Of a stretch of 64,000 nt of DNA, positions 27,620 through 36,294 are shown piece after piece; the stretch's first letter is position 1, and each line of letters opens with the position of its first letter. The stretch lies in NCBI GenBank assembly GCA_949287655.1, contig CASEHD010000001.1, positions 73,345-137,344 on the forward strand, given 5' to 3'. The DNA is from an uncultured Christensenella sp. (GTDB lineage: Bacteria; Bacillota; Clostridia; Christensenellales; UBA3700). Both the position numbers and the translations under genes were made by a program. The notes beneath the pieces were generated by a model that did not search any database, had not been told where the DNA came from, and saw nothing but the letters and a program-made list of their open reading frames with translations.

Positions 27620-29218
27620 TTATTCCTCGTCCGGAGGCGGAACGAAATCAACGGAATCGTTGAGTTCTGCCAGACCGTAATCGTCGACGGGAGCGTCCTC
27701 GGGCGCGCCCTCGGGATAATAGTCGTCCGGTTCTCCTACCGGCGCGTATTCGTCCTCTGCGTAATACTCTTCCTCTTCGTTCAGAGTCTTTGCGATATCC
27801 CCGACGTTTTCGGGGGCTCCTTCCGCGGTCGGCGCCGCGTTGTCGGCCTGCTTCTTGTTGACCGCGACGGAGAAGCGCATATGTTTTTTGTCGAACACGT
27901 AGTATATCGTGCCGGTCGCGCCGTTACGGTGCTTTGCGATGATAAGGCTGACGTTCTTCTTTTCCACGGTGTCCTCGTTGTCTCCGTCCGCGTTGTTCAG
28001 GAAGAATACCATATCCGCGTCCTGCTCTATGGATCCCGACTCTCTGAGGTCGGCAAGCATAGGGGTCTTGTCCTCTCTCTTTTCGATATCGCGAGACATC
28101 TGCGAAAGGACGATGACCGGGACTTTGAGCTCTTTTGCCATCATCTTTATGAAACGCGAAGTATCCGCGACTTCCTGCTGACGGTTGCCCTCTCTGTTTT
28201 TACTGGGGCTCATAAGCTGCAGATAGTCTATTATTACGAGGTCGAGTCTCTTCTGCTGCGCTTTCAGGCGGCGGCATTTTGACATTATCTCTTCCGCAGT
28301 CTGTGAAGCGGTGTCGTCGATAAACAGCTTGCTGTCCGACAGCTGCCTCTGCGCCTCGAAAAGCTTTTGCAGTTCGTCCTGCGTTTCCTCGCCTTTTATA
28401 AGCGTCGAGTTGTCTATGCCGGTAAGCGAAACGAGTATTCTTTGCACGAGTTCTTCTGACGACATCTCCAGATTGAACGCCGCGACAACCTTTTCGGGGC
28501 TGTACTTTGCGATATTGGTCGCTATGCTCATCGCGAACGACGTCTTACCGCAACCGGGGCGCGCCGCGATTATTATCATCTGACCGGGCATAAATCCGTT
28601 GGTCATTCTGTCAAGGTTGCGGTAGTGCGACATAAGTCCGGTCGCGGGCTTCTTTGTCCTGTAAACCTCTGACAGCCTGTTTACGACCTCGATGACCGGA
28701 TTGTTTATCGGCACCAGTTCTCCTTTCTGGTTTTCGGTACCTATCTCGTAGATGGACGCCTCCGCGACCGCGAGCGCCTTTTGCGCGTCGTCCAGCGAGA
28801 AAGCGTTGTCTATGACCTTTCCGCATGTGCTTATTATCCGGCGCATAAGCGAGTCGCGCTTTAAAATGCCGATATAATATTCGCAGTTCGCCGCAGACGG
28901 CAATGTGTCGGCGAGTTCTTCCAGCCTTTCCAGACCGCCCGCGTCCGCAAGCTTTTCCTCTCTCTCCAGCTTGCCCGTTACCGTCACTATGTCGACAGGC
29001 ATACTCTTCGCCGCAAGCGCGCGCATACATTCGAAAACAGTGCGGTTTGCGTGAGAATAAAAGTCGTCTTCGGTCAGATTCGCGAGGTTGTCCGCCATTA
29101 TATCGGCGTCCGTCAGGAACGCTCCCAGTACCGCGTCTTCCGCTTCCTGATTGTGAGGAAGAGTGCGGCGCAGCGCTACCGCGGACGAATTGCTGTCTTT
29201 TTTCTGTTGTCTTGCCAT
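27620..29218 (-). CDS. dnaB: Replicative DNA helicase DnaB with an acidic C-terminal extension of about 85 aa
   Basis: It has the N-terminal LPHNQEAEDAVLGAFL, Walker A ARPGCGKTSFA, IIDYLQLM and the RecA-like core. The tail is rich in E, D, P and Y. Confidence 0.95.
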   Translation of the reverse strand: MARQQKKDSNSSAVALRRTLPHNQEAEDAVLGAFLTDADIMADNLANLTEDDFYSHANRTVFECMRALAAKSMPVDIVTVTGKLEREEKLADAGGLERLEELADTLPSAANCEYYIGILKRDSLMRRIISTCGKVIDNAFSLDDAQKALAVAEASIYEIGTENQKGELVPINNPVIEVVNRLSEVYRTKKPATGLMSHYRNLDRMTNGFMPGQMIIIAARPGCGKTSFAMSIATNIAKYSPEKVVAAFNLEMSSEELVQRILVSLTGIDNSTLIKGEETQDELQKLFEAQRQLSDSKLFIDDTASQTAEEIMSKCRRLKAQQKRLDLVIIDYLQLMSPSKNREGNRQQEVADTSRFIKMMAKELKVPVIVLSQMSRDIEKREDKTPMLADLRESGSIEQDADMVFFLNNADGDNEDTVEKKNVSLIIAKHRNGATGTIYYVFDKKHMRFSVAVNKKQADNAAPTAEGAPENVGDIAKTLNEEEEYYAEDEYAPVGEPDDYYPEGAPEDAPVDDYGLAELNDSVDFVPPPDEE

Positions 29219-29235
29219 AAATTTATCCCTTTATC

Positions 29236-31020
29236 TTAAAGCGCTTTCAGCTCTTTCAGATAGTCGTCCATTACCCTCATCGCCTTTTCGAAAGGCTCGC
29301 TCGTCGTAAGATCCACGCCCGCGAGTTTGAGTATCTCGACCGGAGGCATGCTTCCGCCCGCGCTCAGGAATTTCATGTAGTTTTTAAGCGCGCTTTCGCC
29401 CTTTTCGAGTATATCCGCCGCTATGCAGACCGCGCTGATGAGACCGGTAGCGTACTTGTAGACGTAAAACGCGGTATAAAAATGCGGGATTCTGCTCCAC
29501 TCGTACTTGATCAGATCGTCGTTGACGACGTTTTCACCGCCGTAATACTTGCAGTTAAGCTTGTAATACAGGTCGCTGAGGAAGTCGGGGGTCAGCGCCG
29601 CGCCTTTTTCGGCAGCGGTATGCGCCGCGTATTCGAATTGCGCGAACTGCGTCTGTCTGAACACGGTCGTGCGGAACATATCCAGCATATACGAAAGCAA
29701 AAATTCCTTTTCCTTCTTATCCTTGCAATTTTTCAGCAGATAATTAAGTAGAAGAGTCTCGTTGACTGTTGAAGCGACCTCCGCGACGAATATCTTGTAA
29801 TCCGCCTTTGGCATAGGCTGCGTTTCGTTGGAAAAATATGTGTGCAGGCTGTGCCCCATCTCATGCGCGATCGTGAACACGTCGTGCGTCGTGCGCTGAT
29901 AATTCAGAAGCACGTACGGGTGACAGCCGTAACAGCCCGTCGAGTATGCGCCGCTTCTCTTTCCTTTGTTTTCGTAAACGTCAACCCACCTTTCGGCAAA
30001 CGCCTTTTCGAGCAGTTTGCAGTATCTTTCGCCCATAGGCGCGAGCGCCTTGACGACCAGTTTGCAGGCGTCCTCGTAGTCCATGCCGAGCTCATAACCT
30101 TCGACGATCGGCACGTGCAGGTCATACATATGCAGCTTGTCGAGCCCCATTTTCTTCCTGCGGAATTCAAGATATTCGTGCAGCTTTCCGACGTTCTCGT
30201 CAATGCAGGCGGACAGCCTTTCATAGACTGACGTCGGCACGTCCTCGCCGTGAGCCGCCGCCGCGAGACAGCTTTCGAAACCGCGCACGCGTGCGTAAAA
30301 CACGTTTTTCTGCACGTTGCCGTTATACAGCGAAGCCAGGGTGTTTATATTGCTTTCGAACGCGTGATACATACTTTCGAACGCTTTTTTGCGGTCCTCT
30401 CTTACCGGCGACTGCATCATAAGGCTGTAAACGCCGTGCGAGAGTTTTATCTCCTCGCCCTTGCTGTCCTTGAACGGCTCAAAGCGGATATCCGCGTTGT
30501 TCAGCATTGAAAACGCTTCCTGCGGCACCGAAGAGAACATATGCGTCATCGCGAGTATCTTCTCTTCCTTCTCTCCGAGCGTATATTTCTTATCATTTAT
30601 TATTCCTTCGATAAGATAGCTGTAATCGGCAAAGTCTTTGTCCGATGCGAGTTCTTTGAGATAACTTTCGTCAAGAGCGCTGAGCTGAGGCATAATGAAA
30701 CTGGTCTCTCCAGAGTACCTGATATACAGATTGTAAACGCTGTCGAAAAGCGCCTTGTTCTCTCCGTTGCCGACATCCTGGTCGCGCTTCATGTGAGAGT
30801 AACAGAACATCCTGCCGAGGCAGTCCTCGTATTTCGTAGAAGTTTTAAGACATGCGAGGATATTCTCTTTGTCGGTAAGCTTTCCGCTGTACGCCTTTAT
30901 CTCGCCTATGCCTTTTTCGACTGCCGAATACAGCTTATTCCACTCCTCTTTCGAAGCTATCATGTCCTCTGTCTTCCAGGTATACTTCTCGTCGATCTCG
31001 TCTCTCGTCTTAACTTGCAT
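29236..31020 (-). CDS. pepF: Oligoendopeptidase F (M3B family)
   Basis: It carries the HEMGHSLH zinc motif, and its size and N-terminus are typical of PepF. Confidence 0.9.
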   Translation of the reverse strand: MQVKTRDEIDEKYTWKTEDMIASKEEWNKLYSAVEKGIGEIKAYSGKLTDKENILACLKTSTKYEDCLGRMFCYSHMKRDQDVGNGENKALFDSVYNLYIRYSGETSFIMPQLSALDESYLKELASDKDFADYSYLIEGIINDKKYTLGEKEEKILAMTHMFSSVPQEAFSMLNNADIRFEPFKDSKGEEIKLSHGVYSLMMQSPVREDRKKAFESMYHAFESNINTLASLYNGNVQKNVFYARVRGFESCLAAAAHGEDVPTSVYERLSACIDENVGKLHEYLEFRRKKMGLDKLHMYDLHVPIVEGYELGMDYEDACKLVVKALAPMGERYCKLLEKAFAERWVDVYENKGKRSGAYSTGCYGCHPYVLLNYQRTTHDVFTIAHEMGHSLHTYFSNETQPMPKADYKIFVAEVASTVNETLLLNYLLKNCKDKKEKEFLLSYMLDMFRTTVFRQTQFAQFEYAAHTAAEKGAALTPDFLSDLYYKLNCKYYGGENVVNDDLIKYEWSRIPHFYTAFYVYKYATGLISAVCIAADILEKGESALKNYMKFLSAGGSMPPVEILKLAGVDLTTSEPFEKAMRVMDDYLKELKAL

Positions 31021-31038
31021 ATTACCTCCGTTGCCCGA

Positions 31039-32289
31039 TCAGTTGTTGTAATCGAGTTTTAAATCGTTTTCTTTTATCCAGCCGACTTTTCTCAGCAAAA
31101 GCCCCAGTCCCCAGCATATCGCCGCCGGAAGGATTATGAACAGCAAAAGCACGCATATCGTGAACAGCCACCACGGCATCGCGCCCGAAGTCACGCTCAT
31201 ATCGAACGCGTCGATTATCCCGACGAATCCGCAGGTGCCCATACCGCCGCCCGACGCGCCGCATCTGAGCTTGAACGCGCAGGTCGCTATCGGTCCGCAT
31301 ATCGCGCTGGCGACGATCGGCGGAATGAATATCCGCGGATTTCTCATTATGTTGGGTATCTGCAGCATACTTGTGCCCAACCCCTGCGAGATGATACCAC
31401 TCCAGCCGTTTTCCTTAAAGCTCATCACCGCGAAGCCGACCATCTGGCACGCGCAGCCTACGACCGCCGCGCCGCCTGCTATCAGCATGGCGTCTTTTGT
31501 CGCCGCGCTCGCTGTTGCGTCTGAAAGTATCGGGCTGGCGACCGCGACCCATATCGCCGCGCTCGAAGTCGGCATCGTCAGCAATATCCCCATTACGACG
31601 GCTATTATTATGCCCATAAAGAAGGGCGTAAAGTCAGTCGCTATCGCAATGCCCTCGCCCAGCATGTTTATCAGCCATGTGAACGGATACGCGACGTAAG
31701 AGAACAACAGCGCCGTCAGAAGACATGTCAGCGGGACGAGCAATATATCCAGTTTCGTCTTACCCGACACCAGTGAGCCCAGCTCAGTCGCCGCAAGCGC
31801 CGTCACGTACGCGCCGATCGGGTTGCCCGGGCTTCCCGCGCCCAGTAATGCCGATATCGCGGTTATGTCTCCCGGCGTAAAGTTAGCCGCGGATCCTATG
31901 AATTTGTCCGAGAATGCGCCCACGAAGCCCGCGACCATACCGGCGAATATCACCAGTTTGCTCGCTTTCAGATGACTAGCGATACCCGCGCCGATGCCGG
32001 CGCCCATGAGTATCGAGGCTATCTGCCCCAGCGTCGTGAACAGCCTGCCGACCGCGTTGTCGCCGATGATCGTGCCTATCGTCTTGATGATAGTGCCCGC
32101 GATCAGCGTGACGAACAGCCCTTGCGCCATTCCCGTAAATGCGTCAATAAACCACCTTTTCGCGATCTTCTTGACCGTTGCCCGAACTTTTTGCGTTTTT
32201 GTCGGGGGTTGAGGGGGATTTGAAACTACTACTTCCTCTTGGGTTGTCTTTTGCACGTCTTCTGCAAGATTTTTGTCTTGTGTTTGCAT
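31039..32289 (-). CDS. PTS EIIC-like membrane protein (PfoR/COG3641-type), 416 aa
   Basis: A polytopic Gly/Ala-rich membrane protein with WFIDAFTGMAQGLFVTLIAGTIIK near the N-terminus. The start is trimmed to the ATG at 32287-32289, behind GAGG. The family assignment is from memory only. Confidence 0.55.
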   Translation of the reverse strand: MQTQDKNLAEDVQKTTQEEVVVSNPPQPPTKTQKVRATVKKIAKRWFIDAFTGMAQGLFVTLIAGTIIKTIGTIIGDNAVGRLFTTLGQIASILMGAGIGAGIASHLKASKLVIFAGMVAGFVGAFSDKFIGSAANFTPGDITAISALLGAGSPGNPIGAYVTALAATELGSLVSGKTKLDILLVPLTCLLTALLFSYVAYPFTWLINMLGEGIAIATDFTPFFMGIIIAVVMGILLTMPTSSAAIWVAVASPILSDATASAATKDAMLIAGGAAVVGCACQMVGFAVMSFKENGWSGIISQGLGTSMLQIPNIMRNPRIFIPPIVASAICGPIATCAFKLRCGASGGGMGTCGFVGIIDAFDMSVTSGAMPWWLFTICVLLLFIILPAAICWGLGLLLRKVGWIKENDLKLDYNN

Positions 32290-32320
32290 AAAAATCAACC
32301 TCAAATGTATTCGGTTTATT

Positions 32321-32349
32321 ATTATAATATAAACTCGCACGCAAGTCAA
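32321..32349 (-). promoter_or_regulatory. SigA-type promoter of the EIIC-like gene
   Basis: Minus strand TTGACT, a 17-nt spacer, then TATAAT. It overlaps the spurious 5' extension of the track ORF. Confidence 0.55.
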
Positions 32350-32610
32350 ACAAAATCGACTTTCGGAACGAGCCGAAAAAGCCCTTTCTCTTTCGTCGCG
32401 CGAAAATTCAAACTGCCTTCCCTCTTATTTCTATAACACGTATGTTTTATGTATATCATTGTACGTTATTGACATTCGTTTTAAATCGTCCGTTATACTC
32501 CTTTTTTTGTTGCGACAGCTTCTTATTAAAGCCCGTTCAATCGTTATTGTCGGACTTACTTATGCACCGTTTCGCTTAAACGACAACGCCGATTTCGCAA
32601 TTTGCCGTTG

Positions 32611-32632
32611 AAAAAAAGCGGCATAAAGCCGC
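32611..32632 (-). terminator. Rho-independent terminator after lipoprotein paralog 1
   Basis: Minus strand GCGGCtttatGCCGC followed by TTTTTTT. Confidence 0.7.
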
Positions 32633-32652
32633 ATTGATCGTAATATTTGATT

Positions 32653-33018
32653 TTAATAAATCGATACGGCGTCTTTACTGCCGTAGACGACGGCTCTGCC
32701 CTGTCTTATCATATTGGGTTTGTCTCCGTCGCCGGCGTGCGCGTCGTAATACGCCCTAGCGTCGTCGATGTTGTTGAACGTGATGACAAAGACCTGCTCT
32801 ATGTTGGAAGAATTGGCGTTTTTAAGTCCGTGGTATGCAAAATCGACCAGCTCTTTATCTACCGACGCTCTTTCGAACGGAAAAGACTGCACGTCGAAGC
32901 CCGCCTGCTCGTATTTCTCTTTGAGCGCGGATTCTTCCGTCGCGCACGAAACGAACGTCAGCAGCATTATCGCCGCGATCGCTGTCAATATTATCGAAAA
33001 CGCTTTTTTGTTGTTCAT
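32653..33018 (-). CDS. Small lipoprotein, paralog 1 of 3 (121 aa), function unknown
   Basis: It has a signal peptide with the lipobox LTFVSC. The shared family motifs are LKEKYEQAGF, FNNIDDARAYYD and GRAVVYGSKDAVSIY. Confidence 0.8.
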   Translation of the reverse strand: MNNKKAFSIILTAIAAIMLLTFVSCATEESALKEKYEQAGFDVQSFPFERASVDKELVDFAYHGLKNANSSNIEQVFVITFNNIDDARAYYDAHAGDGDKPNMIRQGRAVVYGSKDAVSIY

Positions 33019-33025
33019 ATATCAA

Positions 33026-33054
33026 ATTATAGCTTTTTTCAGCGCGCGTTGCAA
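33026..33054 (-). promoter_or_regulatory. Consensus SigA promoter of paralog 1 (leaderless configuration)
   Basis: Minus strand TTGCAA, a 17-nt spacer, then TATAAT. Only 7 nt (ttgatat) separate the -10 from the ATG, and there is no Shine-Dalgarno sequence. Confidence 0.55.
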
Positions 33055-33079
33055 CCTTTATTTGCAATAATAACGGCAT

Positions 33080-33105
33080 AAAAAAACGGACGCTTCCGCG
33101 CCCGT
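33080..33105 (-). terminator. Rho-independent terminator after lipoprotein paralog 2
   Basis: Minus strand ACGGGCGCggaaGCGTCCGT followed by TTTTTTT. Confidence 0.8.
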
Positions 33106-33125
33106 AATTTTTGTCTGTTTAATTA

Positions 33126-33470
33126 TCAGAACAGTTTGAGAGATTCCTCGTCGCCGATCGCGATAGCGTTGCCCTTTTTCTTTACGCCGTCGCCCTTGAT
33201 CTCATCGTAGCAAGCCTTAGCGTCGTCGGAATTGCCGAAGCAAACGATAACGACATTCTTAACGACTTTCGTAGCAACGAGAACGTACTTGATGTCTGCG
33301 TCCTCAGCGTCGTATCCGGGGATATCGTCAGCAGCGCCGCTGACAACGATATACCCCTCTTCTTCATACTTCTTTTTGAGCGAATCTTCGCTGGGCGTAC
33401 AAGCCATGAGCATTGTCGCGAGAACGATCGCGAGTACGACTATAGATGTAACCGTAATAAACTTCTTCAT
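33126..33470 (-). CDS. Small lipoprotein, paralog 2 of 3 (114 aa), function unknown
   Basis: It has the lipobox MLMAC. The family motifs are LKKKYEEEGY, FGNSDDAKACYD and GNAIAIGDEESLKLF. The RBS is GAGGAGG. Confidence 0.8.
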   Translation of the reverse strand: MKKFITVTSIVVLAIVLATMLMACTPSEDSLKKKYEEEGYIVVSGAADDIPGYDAEDADIKYVLVATKVVKNVVIVCFGNSDDAKACYDEIKGDGVKKKGNAIAIGDEESLKLF

Positions 33471-33498
33471 AAAAACCTCCTCAGGTTAAGATAACTTA

Positions 33499-33527
33499 AT
33501 TATATCATTGCGTTTATAAATTTTCAA
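33499..33527 (-). promoter_or_regulatory. Consensus SigA promoter of paralog 2
   Basis: Minus strand TTGAAA, a 17-nt spacer, then TATAAT with an extended TGa. Confidence 0.6.
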
Positions 33528-33762
33528 TAAAATAATGTAAAATTTTTGAAAAGAAGATTAATATTTCCGGTTTATGCGCATAATCGTTTCATATTTTCTG
33601 TCTTTTCGCCGATCCTTGTATATTTATGCACATAATGTACGATACGCTAGGAAATATTCCGACTGTACTTCGGGGAGCGTTTGCCCTGAACATAAACGCG
33701 GCGGTTTTCCGAAATAACGCGGCAGTAAACAAGAGCGCATCTCTTGACAAAACCGTAAACAT

Positions 33763-33790
33763 AAAAAAAGCGCCGCGGACAGCCGCGGCA
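33763..33790 (-). terminator. Rho-independent terminator after lipoprotein paralog 3
   Basis: Minus strand GCCGCGGctgtCCGCGGC followed by GCTTTTTTT. Confidence 0.8.
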
Positions 33791-33831
33791 GCAGTTATAT
33801 TTTCAGTTGTTTCGCGCCTTTTGCAAAGCGT

Positions 33832-34257
33832 TTATTCCGCGGTTTCTTCCCCGCCCGCGTCGCTGTCCGATCCGTCCTCTACGAGCCCGCCTTTGTTATT
33901 GTAAATATCGAGCGCGTTCTGAGTGCCTACAAGCACTACCTTGCCGTGTTGTTCAACGATATAGGCGCCTTCGCCGGTATTCTCTATGTTCATAAGCTCT
34001 GCGTATTCTGTAGCCTTGTCTTTCTTCTTGAACGCGACGACCCTGATATAATCCGACGACGCTTCCCTTACGCCGCAATATATGAAATCGACGTCCTCTC
34101 CCGAAAGTTCGAGAGTATTCGCGGAAAGCGGAGTCGTGGTATATCCCGCGTTTTCGTATTTTGTCTTACAGGCGTCGCGGCTTGGCACGCATGCGGAAAG
34201 CGCAAGCGCCAGTACGAGAATTATTGCGGCAGCAACCGCCGATCTTGTCTTTTTCAC
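33832..34257 (-). CDS. Small lipoprotein, paralog 3 of 3 (141 aa, acidic tail), function unknown
   Basis: It has the lipobox ALSAC. The family motifs are CKTKYENAGY, FKKKDKATEYAE and GKVVLVGTQNALDIY. The start is GTG, behind GGGGGAAAG. Confidence 0.8.
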   Translation of the reverse strand: MKKTRSAVAAAIILVLALALSACVPSRDACKTKYENAGYTTTPLSANTLELSGEDVDFIYCGVREASSDYIRVVAFKKKDKATEYAELMNIENTGEGAYIVEQHGKVVLVGTQNALDIYNNKGGLVEDGSDSDAGGEETAE

Positions 34258-34289
34258 GGTCTTTCCCCCGAAACGTTTATTACTGTTTT

Positions 34290-34318
34290 ATTATAACACG
34301 CTTTAACGGCGTTTTCAA
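34290..34318 (-). promoter_or_regulatory. Consensus SigA promoter of paralog 3
   Basis: Minus strand TTGAAA, a 17-nt spacer, then TATAAT with an extended TGt. Confidence 0.6.
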
Positions 34319-34380
34319 CAGTTGTTTTAAATTTTAGCGCGGCTGCCTTTCCTCTTCGTTCGACTTTTAGTTCGGGCAAT

Positions 34381-34419
34381 AAAATATACACCTCCGAAAG
34401 CGGCTGCCTTTCGGGGTGC
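34381..34419 (-). terminator. Probable terminator after the small membrane-protein gene
   Basis: Minus strand CACCCCGAAAGgcagccgCTTTCGGAGGTG followed by TATATTTTATT, which is a weak U-tract. Confidence 0.5.
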
Positions 34420-34443
34420 ACATCGGTCAGTAGCGTTTAAACT

Positions 34444-34770
34444 TTATTCGTTTTTCTTCTTTGCGGGACTCTTTGATTGTTTTTCTTCGGGCGGCGTATC
34501 CGTGACGCGTATCTCCTTGGCGGGGACGTATTCCTTTTTCTGCTCGATAAGCCTTTCCCTTTCCTTGACGACGAATTTCTTGCTGTATCTGAAAATCACG
34601 CATATCGCGATGACCGCAACGACGAGAATTGCCGCCAGAATGTAAAAGAATATATCGCCCATATTGTCTACGGGCTTTACGTTTGTTTCCGTCGCCGCAA
34701 AGCAGGTTGAACCTGCCAGCACGCATACGACCACGACAAGTATTGCTGTTAATACGATTTTTTTCTTCAT
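34444..34770 (-). CDS. Small secreted/membrane-anchored protein (108 aa), function unknown
   Basis: The start is trimmed to the ATG at 34768-34770, behind AAGGAAAG. It has an N-terminal signal peptide, a second TM helix (IFFYILAAILVVAVIAICVIF) and a Lys/Glu-rich tail. Confidence 0.6.
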   Translation of the reverse strand: MKKKIVLTAILVVVVCVLAGSTCFAATETNVKPVDNMGDIFFYILAAILVVAVIAICVIFRYSKKFVVKERERLIEQKKEYVPAKEIRVTDTPPEEKQSKSPAKKKNE

Positions 34771-34987
34771 GGCTCTTTCCTTTACATTATTATCGCACAC
34801 GCACGGCGCGTATGCAAGTAAAATCATTGTAAACACTTCTTCCTCTTCCGTCGTATTGCCGTACCGCCCTCCGTCGCAGTTGCTTTCATGGACGCGCATG
34901 AATTTTGCCATATTGTAAAATAAAGTGTGGACAAGGCACGCGGACATACTGTATAATTACTGTATTATATGTAACAGAGGTGAATTT

Positions 34988-36214
34988 ATGGATTTTACCA
35001 GACAGCAAAAAGACGACGCCGTAAAGTTCATTTGCGACGAGATCGAACACGTGATCAAAGACTTCGGCGACCGCGACCCCGGCAACGACGGCGAACGCAA
35101 AGCTCTGGATTATATGAAGTCTCAGATCGCAGACTATGCGGACGACTCTTACAGCGAAAGCTTTAAAGTCGCGCCTCACGCGTTCTTCGGATGGACGTAC
35201 TTTGTCGGCGTATTCATGATGCTGGCGATCGCGACCTATTTTTTCGCGCCGATAATCAGCGTGGTATGCGTAATCTTCGCTCTCGTTCCGATGATCGGAC
35301 AATTCGTGCTCTACCGCGAGACGATAGACTGGCTGTTCAAAAAGCGCGAATCGGGCAACGTATGGGGCGGTATAAAGCCGAGCGGCAAGCTCAAACGCCG
35401 CATCGTACTCAACGGACACTCCGACGCGACCTATGAATGGCATTGGCATTACGTCGGCGGTTACAACCTCTTCCTTACCAGTATAATCATACCGATAATC
35501 GGCGTCATCTATATACTCGCCTGTGTGGTCGTCGCCTGCATAAGCATGAAAGGCGTTATCGGAACGCCGAGCGGCGTGCCCCTCTATATGGGCGTCGCTT
35601 CGGTAATATTCGTCCCCTTCTATATCGCGTTCTTCCTGTTCTCCGACATCAGAAGACCCGTTCCGGGCGCAAACGACAACCTGACCGCGTGCTATATGTC
35701 CATCGCGGTGCTCAAGCTGATGAAGGAAAACAATATACGCCTTGAAAACACAGAGGTCGTCGCTCTCGTGACCGGCTCTGAAGAAGCGGGACTTCGCGGC
35801 GCAAAATTCTTCTGCAAGAACAATCCCGACCTATGGAAGGAAGACGACGTCGAAACGCTGTTCGTCACGTACGAAACTCTGCGCGAGCTCGAACATCTCG
35901 TCATATACAATAAGGATCTGAACGGAACGGTAAAACTCAATATGCCCGCTTGCGAAATGATCAAACGCGCCGGCGCAAAGAACGGAATGGAGCTGCATTT
36001 CGGCTCAGTCTACGCAGGCGCGACCGACGCGGCGGCGTTCGCGCAGGCAGGCAGAAAATCCGCTTGTATCGCGGCAATGGCTCCGCAGGTCAAGGAATAT
36101 TACCATACCCGCCTGGACAACTACGACAATTTAAGTCCCGAATGTCTTTCAAAAGTCCTCGACATCACGGTAGATTTTATAAACGAGTTCGACGAAAAAG
36201 GGCTTACAATGTAA
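34988..36214 (+). CDS. Membrane-associated M28-family metallopeptidase (408 aa)
   Basis: It has NGHSDATYEW and GSEEAGLRGAKFF, which are M28 metal-ligand motifs. Several TM helices lie between the lobes. The start ATG at 34988 follows AGAGGTG. Confidence 0.8.
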   Translation: MDFTRQQKDDAVKFICDEIEHVIKDFGDRDPGNDGERKALDYMKSQIADYADDSYSESFKVAPHAFFGWTYFVGVFMMLAIATYFFAPIISVVCVIFALVPMIGQFVLYRETIDWLFKKRESGNVWGGIKPSGKLKRRIVLNGHSDATYEWHWHYVGGYNLFLTSIIIPIIGVIYILACVVVACISMKGVIGTPSGVPLYMGVASVIFVPFYIAFFLFSDIRRPVPGANDNLTACYMSIAVLKLMKENNIRLENTEVVALVTGSEEAGLRGAKFFCKNNPDLWKEDDVETLFVTYETLRELEHLVIYNKDLNGTVKLNMPACEMIKRAGAKNGMELHFGSVYAGATDAAAFAQAGRKSACIAAMAPQVKEYYHTRLDNYDNLSPECLSKVLDITVDFINEFDEKGLTM

Positions 36215-36225
36215 TCAAAAAGCAA

Positions 36226-36264
36226 CAAAACGGCGGACGGCAAAAACCGTCCGCCCGTTTTTTA
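36226..36264. terminator. Bidirectional rho-independent terminator between convergent genes
   Basis: ACGGCGGACGGcaaaaaCCGTCCGCCCGT forms an 11-bp stem with one bulge. It is followed by TTTTTT on the plus strand and by TTTTGTT on the minus strand. Confidence 0.85.
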
Positions 36265-36294
36265 TCTTTTATCGGATTGCCGCTGTTATTCAGC

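Noticed and set aside
32350-32420. A possible 20-aa TTG-initiated peptide (MNFRATKEKGLFRLVPKVDFV) and a TTTCGG/CCGAAA hairpin with a weak U-tract, upstream of the EIIC-like gene promoter.
   Set aside because: The start is non-ATG, the ORF is tiny, conservation cannot be checked and the hairpin is only 6 bp. This is insufficient to call a small ORF, sRNA or attenuator.
33572-33635. Two copies of a 12-bp palindrome, TTATGCGCATAA at 33572-33583 and TTATGCACATAA at 33624-33635, lie 52 bp apart in the paralog 2/3 intergenic region. The 13-mer TTTATGCGCATAA recurs at 61926-61938 next to the rplS terminator.
   Set aside because: A rough estimate suggests tens of chance identical 13-mer pairs in a 64-kb window counting both strands, so the distant repeat is not significant. 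The local pair might be a regulator site, but nothing else supports that. A genome-wide motif count would be needed.
33626-33904. A plus-strand 92-aa ORF in the intergenic region that runs into lipoprotein paralog 3.
   Set aside because: It has no RBS. It crosses a strong minus-strand terminator and overlaps the 3' end of a well-supported gene in antisense. Its composition is Ala/Ser-rich and low-complexity.
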